NCBI GenBank assembly: GCA_964016885.1 | Contig: OZ024748.1 | Span: 7,688,001-7,752,000 of the forward strand | Direction: 5' to 3' | Source: Eledone cirrhosa | Lineage: Eukaryota | DNA length: 64,000 bases | Made by a program: the position numbers and the translations under genes | In this document: positions 55,410-64,000 of the stretch, piece by piece | Position numbering within the stretch: the first letter of the stretch is position 1 | How the letters are laid out: every line of letters begins with the position of its first letter | Notes under the pieces: model-generated | Seen by the model: only the letters and a program-made list of their open reading frames with translations | The model's database searches: none | What the model was told of the DNA's origin: nothing

Positions 55410-56480
55410 GCTGTCAACCACTGAATTACATCTGTTACTACTGTCAACCAGTGAATTACATCTGTTACTACTGTCAACCAACGAATTCGTCATCTTTTCC
55501 TGCTGTCAACCACTGAATTACATCTGTTACTACTGTCAACCAGTGAATTACATCTGTTACTACTGTCAACCAGTGAATTACATCTGTTACTACTGTCAAC
55601 CACTGAATTACATCTGTTACTACTGTCAACCAATGAATTCTACATCTGTTACTACTGTCAACCAGTGAATTACATCTGTTACTACTGTCAACCAGTGAAT
55701 TACATCTGTTACTACTGTCAACCAGTGAATTACATCTGTTACTACTGTCAACCAGTGAATTACATCTGTTACTACTGTCAACCAATGAATTCTACATCTG
55801 TTACTACTGTCAACCAATGAATTCTACATCTGTTACTACTGTCAACCAGTGAATTACATCTGTTACTACTGTCAACCAGTGAATTACATCTGTTACTACT
55901 GTCAACCAGTGAATTACATCTGTTACTACTGTCAACCAATGAATTCTACATCTGTTACTACTGTCAACCAATGAATTCTACATCTGTTACTACTGTCAAC
56001 CAGTGAATTACATCTGTTACTACTGTCAACCAGTGAATTACATCTGTTACTACTGTCAACCAGTGAATTACATCTGTTACTACTGTCAACCAATGAATTC
56101 TACATCTGTTACTACTGTCAACCAGTGATTACATCTGTTACTACTGTCAACCAGTGAATTACATCTGTTACTACTGTCAACCAGTGAATTACATCTGTTA
56201 CTACTGTCAACCAGTGAATTACATCTGTTACTACTGTCAACCAGTGAATTACATCTGTTACTACTGTCAACCAATGAATTCTACATCTGTTACTACTGTC
56301 AACCAGTGAATTACATCTGTTACTACTGTCAACCAGTGAATCACATCTGTTACTACTGTCAACCAGTGAATTACATCTGTTACTACTGTCAACCAGTGAA
56401 TTACATCTGTTACTACTGTCAACCAGTGAATCACATCTGTTACTACTGTCAACCAGTGAATTACATCTGTTACTACTGTC
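55410..56480. repeat. 30-bp minisatellite (CTGTCAACCAGTGAATTACATCTGTTACTA) with a 32-bp variant, ~34 copies
   Basis: Direct reading. Confidence 0.96.
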
Positions 56481-56542
56481 TAATATTTCAAGAGAATCTC
56501 TTTGAAAAAAACCTGTTTGGTTTTGGTTTAGATTTACAGAAA

Positions 56543-56722
56543 TAGTTTCTACTTTGGCACAAGGCCAGCAATTACCTCAGTGCATTACTGGTACTTTATT
56601 TTATCGACTCCGTAAGGATGAAAGGCAAAATTAACCCCTGTGGAATTCGAACTCAGAACGTAAAGGGCCATAACTTCATGCTGCAAAGCATGGTGTCTGA
56701 CGCTCTACCGATACTGCCAATT
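56543..56722 (-). mobile_element. S1 SINE
   Basis: Reverse complement of the full S1 unit. Confidence 0.88.
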
Positions 56723-57097
56723 AAGGAAAAATCCTCTATTGAGTCAGTCAGTGTTATTGCTACATTAAAGGTGCACAGATTAATATCTTCATGTTCACAC
56801 GTGTACACACGTGTACACAGGCACACAGGCACACATTATACGTATTTCGAAGATGTATGACTTTTGTATAACATCAGTCAAACATGTTCTCTTCAGATGA
56901 AATCCATAGGAGATGTAAATATCAGTTGATATGCAAGTGGTCAGACGAGTTATTTACTTCAGTGACTGGCCAACATATGCCTGGAAAGACTTCATACGGT
57001 ATATATTATATGAGTGGGAGAAATATCTTACAGTTGGCGTTGCTGTCTGTGAACTGGCTAGGGTATCAGGTTACCGGATTGGTCAATTAGTTCAAAG

Positions 57098-57147
<50 letters not shown>

Positions 57148-57150
<3 letters not shown>

Positions 57151-57363
57151 TAACAAGATATCGTTTAAGGTAATGCAAGCAGAGGTTATGAGTACTCTGT
57201 ATCGTGGATAGTTTTAACGTTCGGCGTTGTTTGACTCAACAAGAAGTTTCCCTAGTCGAGCGACCTGTTTAAGAAAGTTCCTAGGCAGGCGGTTCTTGGA
57301 GTAATAATAGTAAAAGAGTCAAGACTAACGTGGTCGGCTGTACAATAGGGTTTATTTAAAGTG
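57148..57363 (-). mobile_element. Family E relative, 3' end abutting (TA)n, truncated before the HHR
   Basis: GTTAACAAG.TATCGT..AGGTAAT...AGAGGTTATGAGT.CTCTG...GTGGATAGTTTTAACGT...TTTGACTCAACAAGA is the reverse complement of 44435-44531. Confidence 0.7.
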
Positions 57364-60300
57364 TCATGTTACTCTGCATTTTCGCCATCACTGTTCAGTG
57401 GCATCAGGCATCCAATTGCCTTACGATTCCTTCAGCCATATCCATTTGTGTCCTCTTGATGTCACGTGCCACCCGAGTTCTCTATACATATTTAAACCCA
57501 GAATGGTTTTGTGGTTAAGCAGTTCTCTCCCTTGCCCACCACATGGTTCCGTGTTTCATACCCCAACAGCTACTTCCTCTACAATCTTACTTCCGGCAAA
57601 ATTCAATATGGCGCCGATGTAGGATTCACATATTTGCAAGCTCTGTCATATTTCATCAGCTTCTCTCTCTGTCTCTCATACTTTTCTCCTACTGCTTAGA
57701 TGACAGTTTTACGCCCGAAACGGTCAACATTTCCAATTATCTCAGTATTTTCTCTGACAGAAATAACAAAGGTTATCGTTTGTCTCCGTATTGTTATTTC
57801 CATATGAGAACCTTAAATGTCTCACTTTCACGCGGATGTCCATCAACGTGTTTATATCTCTTCCAATTCTGTCCTAATTCTTGGACTTCTTCACACATCT
57901 GGATTATACTATTGGATTACCACCTCGGATTACACTGGATCATCTCTTCTTTCTTTTCTTTTATCACACCCTCAACAATCCTCTCCTCTTCTCCCTGTTC
58001 TACCTGTCAGTCCTCTCTTCCCGTTTTACCCGTTACTTCTCTCCTCTTCTCACTGTTCTACCTGGCTGTCTTCTCCTCCTCTCACCCAGCCTCTCTTCCC
58101 GTTTTACCCGTTACTTCTCTCCTCTTCTCACTGTTTTACCTGGCTGTCTTCTTATGCATCTTTCCACCCATCTCTTCTCTTTTCTTAGGTACCTCTTCCG
58201 TTCTTCTTCAATCTTTTTTTCTCTGTCTTCACTTTCCGTACTCCAAATTCTTCCCCCTTAAGTCAACATTTTCACCTTTAACAATTCCCCATACCTTCCC
58301 TTCTCCCTAGTTACCTTCAACCCTCTTTTACACCTCCCCAAACCCCTTTTTATCGAAATATGTTACACCATCAGCTACATCACTCTCCTCAACCATCACC
58401 ACCTCCACCACCATCATTACATCACTACATCTACTACCCCCATCTCCTACTCTACTCTCGTCTTCTCACACGTGACATTATCCAATCTACCCTTTACCCA
58501 AACCCACTGTATTTGCACATTCCATTCTTCACTGTATCATCTTCATTTATCAGGTCCCCTCCAACTTTTGCACACACACATAAATCCATACATTAACACG
58601 CACTAACATATACACATATTACCACATACTTATACACACACTAACATAAACACTAACATACATCCACACATATACACTCACACTCATTAGGAACCACAAA
58701 CTTTACTCAACCCTCAACGACTACAATTTCTTTGGGCTCAAACCATAACTGACCTGTCCAGTTGGTCTTGTGGACAGGTGAGATATTGGTGACACCTGGT
58801 CTTGTGGGCAGTGAAACTTTCAACATTGATGACAGTTGGTCTTCTTGTTAATCAAGACTACATCGAAGCCCAACATCGCTACGGTCCACTCCAACCTCAC
58901 CGCCCCTATCTTCTATAAAACCATATGGAGTGTATTTGGACAAACTGCCCATTGTTTGACGGAGTGATGGACAGAACATCCATCGAATGTCCGGTTCGGT
59001 AACAAGACGCTAGACTCATGCCGCTTCTTACCAAGTTCGATGTCGACCCATATACCGGTTCACCGTTGCGAACAAACATTTATCTTTTCCCTCCACACTT
59101 TTGCCTTCCACAGTCTCAATTCCAAATAACACCCTCACAAATCACCTCAGACACCTATACAACATTTACCCCCACCAAAAAAAAAAACCTACTGACAAAT
59201 ACACACATCCAACAACAACATACCAATATACAAACGCTCAGGAAAAACCAACTAGCGCGCGCACTACACATATTCAAATTTAAACACATACACATGCTAT
59301 TATTACACACGTTCAAAAACACTGTTGCACAACAAAACGATATATAAACACACACATGTACTCCCCAAAAAATTAACGCACATATGCACTCATATTATGT
59401 TTTCACACACATTGAAAACATACATGCAACCATAAACACATTACTATACAACAAATTGATATACACACATACATGCCTATATCATACATAGCTCACACAC
59501 ACTCACAATACACACACAATGGCACTTCTACATGGCAATACATCCTGAAACACATACATATTAGACGCGGGTATATACACACACACACAACGAAGAACAT
59601 ATACAATAAACACACTTACACACCAGTAACTACAGCGCCTCCCACACAAACATAGACAGGCATTGTTATGGTAAACTCAAAGTTATCTCCCGTTCCGCTC
59701 TCCAATACTAGAGAACAGTTTCTTCTACATTCTTATTTCCGGTTGATGTCAACACGCCGCCGATACGTTAACAAACCCTGTACTTGTTCTCCTCCTTTTT
59801 TTCCCTTAATGTCAGATAGCGGGGGACAAGGGTGAGGGTGGATCTAATTATGACATGTTAAGACATGTTGGTCGTGATGGTGGTGTCAGCTCTACTAATG
59901 GAACGTTGATTAGTTTGTGGGGTTGATGGGGGGGGGGTGACTAATTACGAAAGGTTAAGGTGGTGTGGTGGATGGATGGGTGGAGTGGGGTTTGTGGGTA
60001 GTGATGTGGTGTAGGCGGTGGGCGTGGTGTGTAGAGGGTGGTGTGTGGTGGGGGAGGAGAGTAGTGGGTGGGGGTGTCTAGTTACGAATTGTTATGGTGA
60101 TGTGGTGGATTGTGTGGTGGGCGCTGTGGTGGGCGGTGGTGTGGTGTGGTGTGGTGTGTGGTATAGTAGCGTGGTGTGGTGGTATGGTATAAGTGACACG
60201 ATGGTGGTATGGGGGAGTGGCTATTTACGAAACGTTAAGGCGGTGGTGTGGTGTGGTGGTGAAGTGTAAGTGGTATGGGAGGGTCTAGTTACGAAACGTT

Positions 60301-60567
60301 AAAAAACATTTCCATATCTCTTCTGGACGTGAAACTAACAATAACTTATCTTATCTGGTCTTCAAGTTATCTTCCTGGCATTAAAACGTTTGAAACAAAA
60401 GCTGTTCCTTTTTTTATACACACACACACACTCACACACAAAAGTAGCTACACACACATGTATGTATGCGTATATATATATATATATATATACAAACATG
60501 CATACATATATACATACTTTACATAGATACATATATACACGCATACATACATACACACATATCGATG

Positions 60568-60612
<45 letters not shown>

Positions 60613-60769
60613 TGGTAGTAGGTGGCATAATTGCATCTTCAAGAAGATGCCTCACATTCATTCACCTTCGCTGAAGATAGACTTGGCCAGGAAACGTTGA
60701 TCTTATCAGACAGTGTCCCACGTTCTTTGGATGTTTCGACCCTCAACCGTAACACCCTCTCTGTGTCTT

Positions 60770-61120
60770 TGACCACTGGTTTAGAATCTCTGTATTTAAT
60801 CACTGGTTTGGACTGTGTTGATCACTGGTTTAGAGTCTGTGTATTTGATCACTGGTTTAGAGTCTGTGTTTTTGATCACTGGTTTAGTGTCTCTGTGTTT
60901 GATCACTGGTTTAGAATCTGTGTATTTGATCACTGATTTAGAGTCGGTGTGTTTGATCACTGGTTTAGAGTCGATGTGTTTGATCACTGGTTTAGAATCT
61001 GTGTATTTGATCACTGGTTTAGAATCTGTGTATTTGATCACTGGTTTAGAGTCAATGTGTTTGATCACTGGTTTAGAGTCAATGTGTTTGATCACTGGTT
61101 TATAGTCGATGTGTTTGATT
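60770..61120. repeat. 27-bp minisatellite (TTTGATCACTGGTTTAGAGTCTGTGTA) x ~13
   Basis: Direct reading. Confidence 0.94.
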
Positions 61121-61389
61121 ATAGGTTTACGGGGCGGCTGGAAGGAGATTTATCAAAACTTGTTCCCTACTGACAAAGAAATCGTCCTTTGTCACTCTAG
61201 CATTGGAAAATATTACATAGAAACTAACTTTCATTAGATCGAAGAAAAGCCTATATATTCAAATATATTAAACTAATATAAATAATAATGTCGTCAAATA
61301 TTTTAAGTAATTGATTTTTACAATTTAATTTTCTGCTTCAAATTTCCTTCTAACAGTTTACGAATACTAATAATTTGATATGAAGCTTT

Positions 61390-62606
61390 GTGGGATATGT
61401 AATAAATAATAAACAGTGTCGAGAAAACCGATACAATATGGTGGGATATGTAATAAACAGTGTCGGGAAAACCGATACAATATGGTGTGATATGTAATAA
61501 ACAGTGTGGGGAAAACTGATACAATATGGTGGGATATGTAATAAACAGTGTCGGGAAAAGTGATACAATATGGTGGGATATGTAATAAACAGTGTTGGGA
61601 AAAGTGATACAATATGGTGGGATATGTAATAAACAGTGTGGGGAAAACTGATACAATATGGTGGGATATGTAATAAACAGTGTCGGGAAAACCGATACAA
61701 TATGGTGGGATATATAATAAACAGTGTCGGGAAAACTGATACAATATGGTGGGATATGTAATAAACAGTGTGGGGAAAACTGATACAATATGGTGGAATA
61801 TGTAATAAACAGTGTCGGGAAAACTGATACAATATGGTGGGATATGTAATAAACAGTGTCGGGAAAACTGATACAATATGGTGGGATATGTAATAAATAA
61901 TAAACAGTGTCGAGAAAACCGATACAATATGGTGGGATATGTAATAAACAGTGTCGAGAAAACTGATACAATATGGTGGGATATGTAATAAATAATAAAC
62001 AGTGTCGAGAAAAGTGATACAATATGGTGGGATATGTAATAAACAGTGTCGGGAAAACTGATACAATATGGTGGGATATGTAATAAACAGTGTGGGGAAA
62101 AGTGATACAATATGGTGGGATATGTAATAAACAGTGTGGGGAAAACTGATACAATATGGTGGGATATGTAATAAATAATAAACAGTGTCGGGAAAAGTGA
62201 TACAATATGGTGGGATATGTAATAAACAGTGTGGGGAAAAGTGATACAATATGGTGGGATATGTAATAAACAGTGTGGGGAAAACTGATACAATATGGTG
62301 GGATATGTAATAAACAGTGTCGGGAAAAGTGATACAATATGGTGGGATATGTAATAAACAGTGTCGGGAAAACTGATACAATATGGTGGGATATGTAATA
62401 AACAGTGTCGGGAAAAGTGATACAATATGGTGGGATATGTAATAAACAGTGTGGGGAAAACTGATACAATATGGTGGGATATATAATAAACAGTGTCGGG
62501 AAAAGTGATACAATATGGTGGGATATGTAATAAACAGTGTCGGGAAAAGTGATACAATATGGTGGGATATGTAATAAACAGTGTGGGGAAAAGTGATACA
62601 ATATGG
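61390..62606. repeat. 44-bp minisatellite, ~27 copies
   Basis: ATAAACAGTGTCGGGAAAACTGATACAATATGGTGGGATATGTA. Confidence 0.96.
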
Positions 62607-62674
62607 ATAGAAATATAAAGATGGAACTGAAGTCAAAAGGATGACAAAATAATAATTATAATAATTATAATAAT

Positions 62675-62866
62675 AATTGTTTCTACCTTTGGCACAAGGC
62701 CAGCAATTACCTCAGTACATTACTGGTACTTTATTTTATTGACTCCGTAAGGATGAAAGGCAAAGTTAACCCTGGCAGGATTTGAACTCGGACGTAAAGG
62801 GCCATAACTCTCTGCCACAAAACATGTTGTCCGACGCTCTACCGATTACTGCCAATCCACCGCCGT
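62675..62866 (-). mobile_element. S1 SINE with an (ATT)n tail
   Basis: Reverse complement of the full S1 unit. Confidence 0.88.
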
Positions 62867-63567
62867 AACCTCACTAAATATTAGAAACAGTTTTGGCCTG
62901 TGTTTAACTGAATCTTTCATCCATGAGTAATTATGATCTTTATTGTTGTTTGAAATATTTAACAAATTAACGATATCTTTTATTATATTCTGTCAAAAAG
63001 AGATAAAAAATGGTATTATGTTTGATTGACTGGAAATCCTAGAAGGAATTAATGTGTGTTGTTGATGCAGGCTAACAACAATCAGCTTATGGTCATTGAG
63101 TCTCTGGTGTAGATATATGTCGACAAATTAGTAAAGGGGCTGAAGTATAATCAATCCTAGTAACAAATGAACCGATTCTATAGAGACTTCTACCTTCCTT
63201 TCCATTGTTTGCCGTCACTAGATAGCAAGTAGAATAAAACAAGATTAATTATTTAACCTTTTCTTCAATCATCTTACACAATGATTTTCAAAAGTATAGC
63301 ACGAACGATGTGAAAAATATATAATGTCAGTTCAGTTTACATTGACGAATAATTGACTTCATATGTCAACTATTTGGTGTCTCAACACGACAAACAACGA
63401 AGGTGTGCAATAAATAGCATCAGACATAAATACTTTTCTTATTGAATATTTCGTTGGATGTTAAGAAGCTAGATGGGGGAGAGGTGAAGAGGTGAAGGTA
63501 GTAACAGTAGGAGTTTGGTGCCATTGTGTTCAGACCGGGTGTGTGTGTATATATATATATATATATA

Positions 63568-63698
63568 AAACGAAGGAGTTGTGGTAAGCAACCAGATGGA
63601 CCATAACACACCAGAGTACTCAATACTTAGGGTAGTAGAGTGGGTAATAGGAAAAAGTATGACCCCGACGGCAGAGCTCAAGCCGTTTCGACGGCTAT
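63568..63698 (-). mobile_element. Family B element, truncated within HHR stem II, no inverted arm
   Basis: (TA)n-AACGAAGGAG...GACCCCGACGGCAGAGCTCAAGCCGTTTCGACGGCTAT. Confidence 0.8.
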
Positions 63699-63987
63699 AC
63701 AGCACATTAATACTTATAGTTGTTAATTTAATAGTATTTAACACACATGTAGAAAGTGACAAAAATACTTCGAAACAAACGAAAGGAAATTACATATTGT
63801 CACAATTGAATATTTTACTTCTTTATATTAATACTTACAGATATCTTTCACTGTAGTAAATCTCCTACTAATATGATTTAGAAAACACACACACACCTAT
63901 ATATATATACACACACGCTTATGCACACAGACAGATACACGGGCACACAACTCACACATACACGCACATATGTATATATATATATAT

Positions 63988-64000
63988 ATAACGAAGGAAA
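63988..64000 (-). mobile_element. 3' end of another family B copy, cut by the window edge
   Basis: (TA)n-ATAACGAAGGAAA is identical to 44564 onward. Confidence 0.55.

Noticed and set aside
55410-56480. CRISPR-like periodicity in the 30-, 27-, 44- and 60-bp arrays
   Set aside because: Units are contiguous with no unique spacers, no cas genes are present, and the context is eukaryotic.
57695-57730. TAGATGA...CCGAAACGGTC hammerhead-like remnant (similar weak case at 43676-43712, minus)
   Set aside because: Core box broken and stems unsupported, so not reported as features.
60671-60700. CTGAAGA...GAAACGTT hammerhead-like spacing
   Set aside because: Stems I and II do not pair. At best a very decayed motif.
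61318-62636. Three ~400-aa minus-strand ORFs
   Set aside because: A stop-free 44-bp unit is open in all three frames, so this is a minisatellite artefact.

Overview
AT-rich, microsatellite-saturated eukaryotic DNA. The SINE repertoire looks like an octopod cephalopod (inference, not tested). Almost all long ORFs in the track are artefacts of (TA)n/(CA)n/trinucleotide or minisatellite arrays. Credible coding signal is limited to three spliced 3' exons of an unidentified + strand gene (4310-5145), one or two isolated - strand exons, a low-complexity/hydrophobic - strand ORF and a decayed RTE LINE reverse transcriptase. The rest is tRNA-derived SINEs, Tc1- and hAT-like MITEs, LINE 3' ends and many tandem arrays. 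The main observation is about 9 unrelated families of short (130-330 bp) inserts sitting in or against (TA)n tracts. They carry type I hammerhead ribozyme (HHR) motifs (CUGANGA...GAAA...NUH, often with a palindromic stem III), five of them complete by eye, and many copies are asymmetric fold-backs whose turn-around point lies in or next to the ribozyme. This fits (TA)n-targeted Penelope-like element ends or retrozyme-like non-autonomous elements. All folds and alignments were made by eye, so coordinates of repeat boundaries are approximate.
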